Assembly: GCA_002359075.1 (NCBI GenBank)
Contig: DEQA01000060.1
Span: 1 to 40,237 of the forward strand
Reading direction: 5' to 3'
DNA from: Planococcaceae bacterium UBA3378
GTDB taxonomy: Bacteria; Bacillota; Bacilli; Bacillales_A; Planococcaceae
DNA: 40,237 nt
The notes beneath the pieces were generated by a model. It was not told the DNA's origin. It did not search any database and worked only from the letters and a program-made list of their open reading frames with translations. Below are positions 19,014-27,287 of this stretch, in pieces. Position 1 is the first letter of the stretch, and every line of letters starts with the position of its first letter. The position numbers and the translations under genes are program-made.

Positions 19014-19058
19014 AAAAAGGATGCAAGTTGCCTGTAAGAGGTAACCTGCATCCTTTTT
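19014..19058. terminator. Bidirectional terminator
   Basis: AAAAAGGATGCAAGTTGCCT..AGGTAACCTGCATCCTTTTT between convergent genes. Confidence 0.85.
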
Positions 19059-19074
19059 GGTTGGAAAACAGCGT

Positions 19075-19773
19075 TTATTTCGTACAATAGTAAATCCGAT
19101 AATCAAGCTCATCCTGGTACTCCAGGTTAAGGTTAAAATGCTCCGCCATGACTTCATACAGCTCAGGGGACATGTCTGTAGAGTGCTGAAAATCAGGTGA
19201 GGATTGAATCGATTTGTTCTTTTTCACACGGATGTTTTCAAAGCCTGCCTGCTTGCACCAATCAATCCAGTCTTTTTTGGAACAAAAGGATTCGAACCCG
19301 TAAAATTGTTTGATCTCTTCTTCAAGCTCTTGTTCGAGGAAGTCATTGACCGTCAGTTCAATTGCAATGAGCCGCCCGCCGTTTCGCAAAACGCGGTACA
19401 TTTCACTAAGCGCTTTTGGCTTATCCACAAAAGCAAGCACGGATTCGCAAACAATGATATCAAAGGACTGATCTGGAAACGGCATTTCCTCTACAGAGCC
19501 GTGCACCAGATTGACAGGCAAACGGTTCCGCCTCATTCTATTAACCGCTTTATCGATCATCACAGGGTTAATGTCCATCCCTGTTACTTTTGCTCCGTAT
19601 GTGGAGGCAAGATATGCGGCGGTTTGACCTGTACCGCAGCCGGCATCAAGCACACGGGTCATTCTATGGATCGGTTCGTTTTTGAAAATTTCCTTTGTGA
19701 GCTCAATACCTCCCGGATGTGCACCGCCCACACCGAATTCAGCGAGAAAATCAAGATATTTGGATTGCTGCAT
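19075..19773 (-). CDS. Class I SAM-dependent methyltransferase, YodH-like
   Basis: GVGGAHPGG, VLDAGCGTGQT, CESVLAF; ATG 19773 behind GAAGGTG; upstream AC-17nt-CATATGATA resembles a sigma-K promoter. Confidence 0.85.
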   Translation of the reverse strand: MQQSKYLDFLAEFGVGGAHPGGIELTKEIFKNEPIHRMTRVLDAGCGTGQTAAYLASTYGAKVTGMDINPVMIDKAVNRMRRNRLPVNLVHGSVEEMPFPDQSFDIIVCESVLAFVDKPKALSEMYRVLRNGGRLIAIELTVNDFLEQELEEEIKQFYGFESFCSKKDWIDWCKQAGFENIRVKKNKSIQSSPDFQHSTDMSPELYEVMAEHFNLNLEYQDELDYRIYYCTK

Positions 19774-20056
19774 GAGAGCCACCTTCTTTATTCATTATAT
19801 CTGTATCATATGGATGCTGACAGTGTATGGTTCCATGAGGGAAAAAGAGATTCGTCCCGCCGTCTGCCAACAGGAAACTCGTTCTTTTCCTCTATTGGAG
19901 AGGGATGTATACAAGTAAGCGGACAGCAAAGTAAAGCTCCAGCAGACAACATGAAAGAGGAATGTTAATTTTCTTCCATTTCCCTAAATGTCTAAAATAG
20001 GAAAGAAACAAAACATATACTAGTTTGAAGTCCCATACGAGAGGAGGTGAATTGAC

Positions 20057-20437
20057 ATGACATTTTATCCGCCAAACCCCGGAAGAGGACCATTTTCGCC
20101 AAGGTACAGGCAAAATTTTGGTCCGCCGCCATTCGGCAGACAGGGAGGCCCAATGCCTGGAAGTCCATTTAGAAGGCAGGCACCGTTTAATCAGCAGCAA
20201 AACCAAATGGGCAATCCTTACTACAGCCAAGGTCCGTTCGGTAATCAGGGGCAATCGTTCTTTAACCAAAACCAATATGGTCAGCAAGGCCCAGCTGCCT
20301 ATTATCCTAATCAGCAGTTTGGTGCTAGAGGCTTGACCGGCAACCTAAGTAACTTAATGGGGCACGTAGATACTGTGAAAAACGGCGTCAACATGCTCAG
20401 ACAGTTCGGCTCGTTGATGACCTTATTTAGATCATGA
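20057..20437 (+). CDS. Low-complexity Q/N/G/P/F-rich protein with amphipathic C-terminal helix; possible spore-coat (YppG-like) protein
   Basis: Strong SD GGAGGTGA, upstream CATATACT mother-cell-sigma-like -10, own terminator; composition seen directly, family call tentative. Confidence 0.7.
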   Translation: MTFYPPNPGRGPFSPRYRQNFGPPPFGRQGGPMPGSPFRRQAPFNQQQNQMGNPYYSQGPFGNQGQSFFNQNQYGQQGPAAYYPNQQFGARGLTGNLSNLMGHVDTVKNGVNMLRQFGSLMTLFRS

Positions 20438-20456
20438 GCCCGTTGAAAAGTTTTTA

Positions 20457-20486
20457 AGAGACTTGCTGCTATGGCAAGTCTTTTTG
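20457..20486 (+). terminator. Rho-independent terminator
   Basis: AAGAGACTTGC-TGCTATG-GCAAGTCTTTTT. Confidence 0.75.
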
Positions 20487-20498
20487 AGTAGGTGGAGT

Positions 20499-20528
20499 CG
20501 CGGGGATTTCATTGAAAACCGCGGGTAA
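20499..20528. repeat. Two-unit 21-bp-period repeat (CGCGGG core)
   Basis: CGCGGG at 20499 and 20520; the second copy CGCGGGTA is the reverse complement of the TACCCGCG core at 25307/25328. Confidence 0.45.
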
Positions 20529-20628
20529 ATTAGTAGGAAAGGCATTATCAATATTTTATATAAATACCTGATCTTTTTTTCAGATATACATTCGCTTGGT
20601 AAGGACATGCTTCTTATAATCAAAAAAA

Positions 20629-20652
20629 TCCCTCAAGTGTCCTGCTTGAGGG
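20629..20652 (-). terminator. Rho-independent terminator
   Basis: CCCTCAAG-TGTCCTG-CTTGAGGG, T run on the minus strand, just after the stop at 20660. Confidence 0.75.
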
Positions 20653-20659
20653 CAAAATG

Positions 20660-21142
20660 TCAGCACCAGACAATGACAGCAGACGGTGTTGTCTGCGCGG
20701 GAATACTGCGGGTGCTGGCCGTATAGATGACGATCAGGTTGTGGTTTGCCGGGTACCGTGTAAACGGCTGCCCATTTCTCGAAACAATGGCGGTATATGG
20801 TGACAGATTTAGCTGTAGCTCTCCGTCACTGCTGACGAGCTGGTTGTCGAAATAGCCTACCTTTACATTTTGGTACGGACTTTCCTTGACGATCACGAGC
20901 GCCTGATACTGCGGAGGATAAATAAGAATGGCAGGCGCATCGCCATCATAGTAGCCCGTGACACGGTCACCGGTTAATACCATCGCATGATCAACAAAAT
21001 AGGTCGTAGGGGATATGACAAAGTTAACAACTTCGCCCTGCTCATTTTGGACAGACATCAATTGATAGCAACCGCTGCCGTTACCTGCCGCAAAGTCTTC
21101 GATTGCCATCACTATACCGGAAAAAGAAAAGAAATTCACCAC
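20660..21142 (-). CDS. Hypothetical beta-rich protein with an internal two-fold repeat
   Basis: GTG 21142 behind GGAGGG; halves end in ILIYPPQYQALVIV and TRSIPAQTTPSAVIV; own terminator. Confidence 0.75.
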   Translation of the reverse strand: MVNFFSFSGIVMAIEDFAAGNGSGCYQLMSVQNEQGEVVNFVISPTTYFVDHAMVLTGDRVTGYYDGDAPAILIYPPQYQALVIVKESPYQNVKVGYFDNQLVSSDGELQLNLSPYTAIVSRNGQPFTRYPANHNLIVIYTASTRSIPAQTTPSAVIVWC

Positions 21143-21273
21143 GTTGATCCCTCCATTTACATTTCCATCCTTTCTAGGATTATGCACAGAAAGCAGGTTC
21201 GGTACTACTGAAAAAGGAAAAGAGTGGTTTTTGTTTTTCCTGGCATATCCTATAAAAAAGAAAGGATGACAAC

Positions 21274-21897
21274 ATGTCTGTACCTTTTCCGGTCAACATC
21301 GCTACCTTTATAATGAGCGGCGGTCCGAAGAAGACGATTTTTATTCCCCAGGTCGTTCAAATGTTAAATGAGCAGCTTGAATTATCCATTAATCAGGCAA
21401 TCCGTAAGGAAACAGAGGTGATGATTGCACAGCAGGAAGGCGAGATGGAAGATGCCCCCGTAGAAGAAATGCTTGGCACGTATGAACTGAAAAATAATCA
21501 GCGCAATGTTTTAAGCCTATCACTCAGCAATTATACATACCATGCGCATGCTGCACATGGTTTAACAATATTAAAATCACTGACTTTTGATGTGGAGAAG
21601 GGGAAAAAATGCAGCCTCGGCAGTTTGTTCAAGCCGGGAAGCGACTATGTGAAGCAGCTGTCTGCGATGATTCGAGAGCAAATAAAAGAACGAGATATAC
21701 CGCTTATCAATGAGTTTACTGCGATTCGGCCAAATCAGGATTTTTATGTAGCCGATAAAACAATTGTTATCTATTTTCAACTGTATGAGCTGACACCGTA
21801 TGTTTACGGCTTTCCGGTGTTTCCGATTCCTCTCTATGAATTGCAGGAAATCATCGATGAAAAGGGACCGCTTGGACGGCTGGCGGAAAATAATTAA
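21274..21897 (+). CDS. DUF3298/DUF4163 (PdaC N-terminal/RsiV-like) domain protein, no signal peptide
   Basis: YHAHAAHG, KSLTFD, LFKPGSDY, IYFQLYELTPYVYGFP; SD AAAGGA. Confidence 0.82.
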   Translation: MSVPFPVNIATFIMSGGPKKTIFIPQVVQMLNEQLELSINQAIRKETEVMIAQQEGEMEDAPVEEMLGTYELKNNQRNVLSLSLSNYTYHAHAAHGLTILKSLTFDVEKGKKCSLGSLFKPGSDYVKQLSAMIREQIKERDIPLINEFTAIRPNQDFYVADKTIVIYFQLYELTPYVYGFPVFPIPLYELQEIIDEKGPLGRLAENN

Positions 21898-21920
21898 CAG
21901 CTCATATCAAACAAACATGC

Positions 21921-21959
21921 AAAAGGCCCGGTTTATGTGTGAATAAGCTCGAGCCTTTT
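21921..21959. terminator. Bidirectional terminator
   Basis: AAAAGGC..GTTTAT/ATAAGC..GCCTTTT imperfect stem between convergent genes. Confidence 0.6.
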
Positions 21960-21980
21960 AAGCTTGTAGAAAGAGTAGCG

Positions 21981-22937
21981 TTAAGGAGAACCGATCTGCT
22001 TGGCACCAGCTTGTTCCTTAATCCATGCTATCGTTTCCCTTAAACTATCCCACCTATCACGTAATGGTACGGTTCCTAACGCCTTTTCAAGCTTTTCACT
22101 ATTAAGGATAACCGGGGTGTAGGCTAGATACATCATCTCTTTTTGTTCTCGCATAAAGCGGGAAAAGACAGCTAAAAATGCAACCATTCTGTATGTTGCT
22201 GATTTTAATTTTTTTTGGTAAGAGTAGTGGGTGCGCAAAAAATCCTGCAGCTCATCGCCTGTCATTTTCAAACACCCCGGAATGTTCCAATGCTGACAGT
22301 GACACGTTTTATCCAAAGATAGCTCAACCGCTGCCTTTGCTGCATCAAGTGTATAGGCAAACTCTCGTGTAATATCCATTCTGCCGAGAAAATAGGCATT
22401 TTTATTCTGGATAACTGCTTGTAAAGTACTATATAAAGCTGTGTTTATGGCATAGGGTCCGAATAAATCAGGCATATGCAATATTAAATAAGGAACATTG
22501 CTGCTTTCGATCTTTTTTGCCATTAATAATCGAAGCTTACCTTTTTTAGTATGCGGAAGCTTAAGAGCATCTTCATTCACTGGGGAAGTTGCTTTGCCAT
22601 AAGCGTAAATATTGTCAATCATGACAAATGTCCCCTTTATCGACTTTGCTGCATCCAATAGATTTTGCAAACAGGGGATATGCTTTTCCTCCCATTGTTC
22701 ATAAGGGAAGCTCACTGCATGGATAATGAAGTCAGCCCCGTGGACGGACTGAAGCAGCTCCTCACGTTTCAGAACATCTCCAGCAATATAATTTACGAGA
22801 GGGTTGCTGCTAAATCTTTCTTTTAAATGCTCCAACGTTCTAGCAAATGCTATCACTTCAATCCCTCGGGAAGTCAGCTCCGTTACTAAAGCATATCCCA
22901 TTCCGCCGGTCGCGCCAGCAACGAATACTTTTTTCAT
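21981..22937 (-). CDS. Atypical SDR / NAD-dependent epimerase-dehydratase (NmrA-like)
   Basis: VFVAGATGGMG, DNIYAYG, PHTKKGKLR, HMPDLFGP. Confidence 0.85.
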   Translation of the reverse strand: MKKVFVAGATGGMGYALVTELTSRGIEVIAFARTLEHLKERFSSNPLVNYIAGDVLKREELLQSVHGADFIIHAVSFPYEQWEEKHIPCLQNLLDAAKSIKGTFVMIDNIYAYGKATSPVNEDALKLPHTKKGKLRLLMAKKIESSNVPYLILHMPDLFGPYAINTALYSTLQAVIQNKNAYFLGRMDITREFAYTLDAAKAAVELSLDKTCHCQHWNIPGCLKMTGDELQDFLRTHYSYQKKLKSATYRMVAFLAVFSRFMREQKEMMYLAYTPVILNSEKLEKALGTVPLRDRWDSLRETIAWIKEQAGAKQIGSP

Positions 22938-22956
22938 ACAAACACCGCCTTTTTAT

Positions 22957-22971
22957 TTAACCATTGGTCAA
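22957..22971. promoter_or_regulatory. Candidate TetR operator (copy 2)
   Basis: TTAACCATTGGTCAA palindrome just upstream of the SDR SD; a matching copy lies upstream of tetR. Confidence 0.7.
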
Positions 22972-22991
22972 TTAATGAGGAAAGAGAAGCT

Positions 22992-23567
22992 CTAGCTTTT
23001 ATCTAGAGCTTTCAATAAAAATTGTGCAAAATGAGCAGCAGCCTCAGCAGCTTCGGTATATGTTTTTACCCTGCCTCGGTAGTGAGTTACAAAACCGTGA
23101 AGCGCCATAAAGGCTGCATAAATAGTAAAGGGCGTCAATGTATTGCCGCTTAACAGCTGCAGTGTTTCTGAAAATTTATTATAACTTTTATTGGAGGAAT
23201 GCTGTGTTAGCGGGTCGGTATCTTCATCGCGCATCATGAACATAAACTCATATTGGCTTTGGTGATCTAATCCAAATTCTATAAAGCCTAAAAATACTTG
23301 TACTATTTTATCATCCGCATGCCCTTCACTTCCTAAAGAGACATCAAGCTTTTCGTTCAGTTCATCGAAATAACGTTCCACTACGGCATAAAATAATTCT
23401 GCCTTGTTTTTGAAATGATGATAGATCGCTCCGTGGGTACAACCTAATTCCTGCGCTACCGCACGCATTGATACTTTGTGGAAATCCTTCGTTAAAAACT
23501 GACGGTTTGCCGTCTCCACAATGGATTCTTTCGTTAACTCTTCCTGAGCCTTTTTCCTAGCTGCCAT
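22992..23567 (-). CDS. TetR/AcrR-family regulator
   Basis: VSMRAVAQELGCTHGAIYHHFKNKAELF HTH; SD GAGGTG. Confidence 0.92.
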   Translation of the reverse strand: MAARKKAQEELTKESIVETANRQFLTKDFHKVSMRAVAQELGCTHGAIYHHFKNKAELFYAVVERYFDELNEKLDVSLGSEGHADDKIVQVFLGFIEFGLDHQSQYEFMFMMRDEDTDPLTQHSSNKSYNKFSETLQLLSGNTLTPFTIYAAFMALHGFVTHYRGRVKTYTEAAEAAAHFAQFLLKALDKS

Positions 23568-23579
23568 ATTACACCTCTA

Positions 23580-23594
23580 TTGACCATTGGTTAG
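23580..23594. promoter_or_regulatory. Candidate TetR operator (copy 1, autoregulation)
   Basis: TTGACCATTGGTTAG just upstream of the tetR SD. Confidence 0.7.
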
Positions 23595-23754
23595 TTTAAA
23601 TATACAGGATACATGCCAGTACATTCAATACTGTTTTTCATTAAAATCAGAAAATTTTGTTTAAGATGATTAAACGAGTATAAATGGGAAAAGAAATCCC
23701 TTATTAGAGAGCAGTTTTTTTATCATGCTACATAAAAAATATTAAACCATCACA

Positions 23755-23783
23755 ACATAATTTCTCTATCTTTTGACAAGCTA
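23755..23783 (+). promoter_or_regulatory. Sigma-G-like promoter of splB
   Basis: ACATA-17nt-CAAGCTA, close to the GMATR-17/18-CAWWMTA consensus; splB is forespore-expressed in Bacillus. Confidence 0.5.
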
Positions 23784-23841
23784 ATGCTTAAGGATCGGAT
23801 TGAAATGATGTAGTAAATAATAACAGGGGGAGGCATAAGCT

Positions 23842-24870
23842 ATGAACGGACCATTCGTCCCGAAACTTGTTTATTTTGAACCACAGGCATTAGAGTATCC
23901 ACTTGGCAGGGAGCTGAAGGAAAAGTACGAGAAGATGGGGATTGAAATCCGCTATACAACGTCCCACAATCAAGTGCGGGATCTGCCGGGTGACAATGAT
24001 TTTCAAAAGTACCGGATGGCAAAGTCCACGCTGGTCGTCGGGGTACGCAAAACGTTGAAGTTTGATACGTCCAAGCCGTCAGCCGAATATGCTATTCCAT
24101 TTGCGACAGGGTGCATGGGACACTGCCATTACTGTTATTTACAGACGACAATGGGCAGTAAGCCGTACATCCGTACATATGTGAATATCGAGGAAATCCT
24201 GGATACTGCCGACCAGTATATAGCAGAACGGGCTCCAGAAATTACGCGATTTGAAGCGGCCTGTACATCAGATATTGTCGGTCTTGATCATTTGACGCAT
24301 ACATTGAAGCGGGCCATTGAGCATTTCGGGCAGACGGATTTAGGGCGGCTGCGCTTTGTGACGAAGTTTCATCATGTCGATCATTTGCTTGATGCCAGGC
24401 ATAACGGGCATACGCGCTTTCGCTTTAGTATAAATGCCGACTATGTGATTAAAAATTTTGAACCGGGCACATCTCCATTGGCAAAGCGGATCGAGGCAGC
24501 TGGAAAAGTAGCGAGGGCAGGGTATCCGCTCGGGTTTATCGTAGCACCGATTTATTTGTATGATGGATGGGAAGAGGGCTACCGCCATATGTTTGAACGG
24601 TTGGATGCAGAACTGCCCAAGGACGCGAGGGACGATATAACATTTGAGTTTATCCAGCATCGATTTACAAAGCCAGCCAAAAAGGTCATTATGAAAAACT
24701 ACCCGAAAACAAAGCTAGACCTGGATGAATCGGCACGACGGGTGAAATGGGGCAAGTACGGTATCCATAAATATATTTATCAAAAAGACCAGGAAGAGGA
24801 GCTCAAGCATTGCCTTGAGGAATACATGCAAGAGTTCTTTCCAGAGGCTAAATTTGAATATTTTACGTAG
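23842..24870 (+). CDS. splB: Spore photoproduct lyase (radical SAM)
   Basis: CMGHCHYC (CxxxCxxC), SKPSAEYAIP, FEAACTSD (H-donor Cys), IQHRFT, KWGKYG; 342 aa. Confidence 0.97.
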   Translation: MNGPFVPKLVYFEPQALEYPLGRELKEKYEKMGIEIRYTTSHNQVRDLPGDNDFQKYRMAKSTLVVGVRKTLKFDTSKPSAEYAIPFATGCMGHCHYCYLQTTMGSKPYIRTYVNIEEILDTADQYIAERAPEITRFEAACTSDIVGLDHLTHTLKRAIEHFGQTDLGRLRFVTKFHHVDHLLDARHNGHTRFRFSINADYVIKNFEPGTSPLAKRIEAAGKVARAGYPLGFIVAPIYLYDGWEEGYRHMFERLDAELPKDARDDITFEFIQHRFTKPAKKVIMKNYPKTKLDLDESARRVKWGKYGIHKYIYQKDQEEELKHCLEEYMQEFFPEAKFEYFT

Positions 24871-24872
24871 TG

Positions 24873-24910
24873 AAAATGGATGTCCAGCAGGAATGGGGCA
24901 TCTATTTTTT
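24873..24910 (+). terminator. splB terminator
   Basis: AAAATGGATGTCC...GGGCATCTATTTTTT. Confidence 0.7.
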
Positions 24911-24947
24911 AATATGGTGCCTTGTATATATAGGCTATAAGGTGTGA

Positions 24948-25020
24948 TTCGCGCAATAATACCTGAAAAACGCACAATGAAAACTCATATTCGCGTAATA
25001 CACCCTAAAATTCGCGTAAT
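24948..25020. repeat. Four-unit 21-bp-period tandem repeat, core TTCGCG(C/T)AAT
   Basis: TTCGCGCAAT 24948, AACGCACAAT 24969, TTCGCGTAAT 24990, TTCGCGTAAT 25011; variable 11-nt linkers. Confidence 0.8.
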
Positions 25021-25067
25021 AGAATATAATAAAGAGAGTGTTACTAAGTGAAAGGAGTTGGAAAAGG

Positions 25068-25202
25068 ATGAAGAAGTGTGTGCTATTAATCGGTGGGATT
25101 GCCGTTGCAGTTGCCGGGCTGCTGGACATCAAATGCAAAGGGTTATTCTACAAGAGCCTGCCGCAATCTGTCCAATCAAGTTTAGATAAGATAGTAAAAT
25201 AA
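25068..25202 (+). CDS. 44-aa single-TM small protein (absent from the ORF track)
   Basis: MKKCVLLIGGIAVAVAGLLDIKCKGLFYKSLPQSVQSSLDKIVK*; SD AAAGGAG 25051-25057, TATAAT at 25025-25030, terminator right after the stop. Confidence 0.75.
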   Translation: MKKCVLLIGGIAVAVAGLLDIKCKGLFYKSLPQSVQSSLDKIVK

Positions 25203-25215
25203 ATCCCTACATATT

Positions 25216-25250
25216 AACAACCGCACCAAGCAGCCTGGTGCGGTTGTTTT
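25216..25250. terminator. Terminator between the small ORF and thrS, probably bidirectional
   Basis: AACAACCGCACCA-7nt-TGGTGCGGTTGTT perfect 13-bp stem. Confidence 0.85.
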
Positions 25251-25285
25251 CATTAATCGATCGGAATCATTTTAGACATTGTTGC

Positions 25286-25338
25286 TACCCGAGAAAAAGT
25301 TGGAAATACCCGCGCTTTTCATCGAGATACCCGCGAAT
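25286..25338. repeat. Three-unit 21-bp-period tandem repeat, core TACCCG(A/C)G
   Basis: TACCCGAG 25286, TACCCGCG 25307, TACCCGCG 25328; abuts the thrS stop codon. Confidence 0.75.
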
Positions 25339-27264
25339 CTACCGACTCATAGGCAGCATCTTCTCTTCAATCTCTTTCTTTACAACCAGCAGAAACTCCT
25401 CCACAGACATTGTTTTCAAATTCTCCTCATGATAGGAGCGGACAGTCACAGTACCGTTATCCTGTTCTTGATTACCTGAAACAAGAATATACGGAATCTT
25501 TTTTAATTCGGCTTCCCGAATTTTTTTGCCAAGCTTTTCGTGTCTTCTATCGACAGAAACCCGAATTCCCGCCCGACGCAGCTGTTCATAAACTTGCTCT
25601 ACGTAGCCATCATGAGCAGGGGACACCCCGATCACTTCAACCTGCTTCGGCGCCAGCCATAAAGGGAAGGCACCGCCAAAATGCTCAATTAAAATACCGA
25701 GGAAACGGTCAATTGAACCAAATACAGCCCTGTGGATAACGACCGGTCGTACCTTTTCATTCTGTTCATTGACATATGTTAGATCGAATTTTTCAGGAAG
25801 CTGAAAATCGAGCTGTACCGTTGCACACTGGTGGCTGCGCTTGATGGCATCCTGTATATGAATGTCAATCTTCGGACCGTAAAAGGCACCGTCTCCCGCA
25901 TTTACCTTATAGCGGTAGCCTAATTTTTTCAGTACATTTTCAAGCGCTGTCTCGGCTTCATCCCATAACTCCAGCTCTCCCATAAAGTCCCCGGGGCGTG
26001 TTGAAAGCTCAATTTCATATGTGAAGCCAAATACCCGGTATACATGGTCAATAATTTGAAGAGCAAGCGTAATTTCATCCTCGATTTGATCTGGTCTCAC
26101 GAAAATATGAGCATCATCCTGGCAAAACGAACGGACACGCAGCAGTCCGTTGAGCGCACCACTGAATTCATGGCGGTGGACCTGCCCGAATTCTGCCATG
26201 CGGATCGGTAAATCACGGTAGGAATGATGCTCATTTTTATAAATAAGCATATGCCCCGGGCAGTTCATCGGCTTCAACGCAAATTTCTGCTCATCGACCT
26301 GCGAGAAATACATATTTTCCTTATAGTGATGCCAATGCCCCGATTGTTCCCAAAGACGCTGATTCATCATAAGTGGTGTCCGTACTTCCTTGTAATCATA
26401 TCTTGTCTGTAATTCACGTAAAAATGACTCCAGCTCATTTCGAAGGATTTGGCCGTTTGCTAAATAAAACGGCATGCCCGGTGCTTCTTCTGAAAACATA
26501 AACAGCTCTAATTCCTTACCGAGCTTACGGTGATTGCGCTTTTCGGCTTCTTCTAAAAATGTGAAGTACGCTTGCATGTTTTCCTTGTTGGCAAAAGCCA
26601 CGCCGTAAATCCGCTGAAGCATTTGATTGTTGCTGTCTCCACGCCAGTAGGCACCAGAAAGATTTGTTAATGTAAAGTGCTGAAGCCTGCCTGTTGATGG
26701 TACATGAGGGCCACGGCACAAATCATAAAATTTCCCTTGCTCATATACCGTCACAGGCTCACCTGATGGAATCGCTTCTAACAGCTCCAGCTTCAACGGG
26801 TCATGTGCAAATAACTGTGCTGCTTCTTCCTTTGTCACTTCCTTTCTGGAAATAGTAAGATTTTCTTTAACGATTTTTTTCATTTCCTCTTCTATTTTTT
26901 TCAGATCATCCGGAACGAACGAATGTTCCAGATCCATATCGTAATAAAATCCGTTTTCGATCACCGGCCCTACGCCGAAGTGCACAGAAGGGTACAGTCT
27001 TTTGACAGCCTGCGCCAGAAGATGGGCTGTAGAATGACGAATGACTTTTATTCCTTCTGCTGAATTTGCATCATAAATAGCAATTTGGGCATCTGTGAAA
27101 ATAGGGTGCGTCAAATCAACTGTGGTGCCGTTTACACTCCCTGCAACAGCTTTTTTAGCAAGACTTGGACTGATTGCCTTTGCAATATCGGTTAGTGTTA
27201 CACCTTGTGCAAACAATTGCTGTTTGCCGTCTGGAAATTGAATCATTACTTGTTGATTTGACAT
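25339..27264 (-). CDS. thrS: Threonine--tRNA ligase, probably the secondary (ThrZ-like) paralogue
   Basis: TGS domain, editing RHSTAH and DLCRGPH, LKPMNCPGH, GAFYGPKID, IHRAVFGS; ATG 27264 behind AAGGAG. Confidence 0.96.
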   Translation of the reverse strand: MSNQQVMIQFPDGKQQLFAQGVTLTDIAKAISPSLAKKAVAGSVNGTTVDLTHPIFTDAQIAIYDANSAEGIKVIRHSTAHLLAQAVKRLYPSVHFGVGPVIENGFYYDMDLEHSFVPDDLKKIEEEMKKIVKENLTISRKEVTKEEAAQLFAHDPLKLELLEAIPSGEPVTVYEQGKFYDLCRGPHVPSTGRLQHFTLTNLSGAYWRGDSNNQMLQRIYGVAFANKENMQAYFTFLEEAEKRNHRKLGKELELFMFSEEAPGMPFYLANGQILRNELESFLRELQTRYDYKEVRTPLMMNQRLWEQSGHWHHYKENMYFSQVDEQKFALKPMNCPGHMLIYKNEHHSYRDLPIRMAEFGQVHRHEFSGALNGLLRVRSFCQDDAHIFVRPDQIEDEITLALQIIDHVYRVFGFTYEIELSTRPGDFMGELELWDEAETALENVLKKLGYRYKVNAGDGAFYGPKIDIHIQDAIKRSHQCATVQLDFQLPEKFDLTYVNEQNEKVRPVVIHRAVFGSIDRFLGILIEHFGGAFPLWLAPKQVEVIGVSPAHDGYVEQVYEQLRRAGIRVSVDRRHEKLGKKIREAELKKIPYILVSGNQEQDNGTVTVRSYHEENLKTMSVEEFLLVVKKEIEEKMLPMSR

Positions 27265-27287
27265 ATACATTCTCCTTTTTAATAAAA

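Noticed and set aside
18509..19087. 192-aa minus-strand ORF
   Set aside because: Antisense to the M48 protease and runs through a terminator
19204..19968. 254-aa plus-strand ORF
   Set aside because: Antisense shadow of the methyltransferase; no SD and no recognisable motifs
23842..24870. Functional link between splB (dihydrothymine-type lesion) and the carbamoylase/beta-alanine cluster
   Set aside because: Separated by 7 kb of unrelated genes; SplB repairs DNA in situ and releases no catabolic substrate
24948..25338. 21-bp arrays as a CRISPR array or as heptapeptide-repeat genes (ORFs 25238-25432 and 25279-25479)
   Set aside because: Units far too short for repeat plus spacer and no cas genes; the ORFs begin in or beside a terminator, lack an SD and overlap thrS antisense
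25339..27264. ThrRS as an antibiotic self-resistance gene
   Set aside because: No biosynthetic cluster nearby; ordinary T-box control; the QLDFQLP region looks conventional
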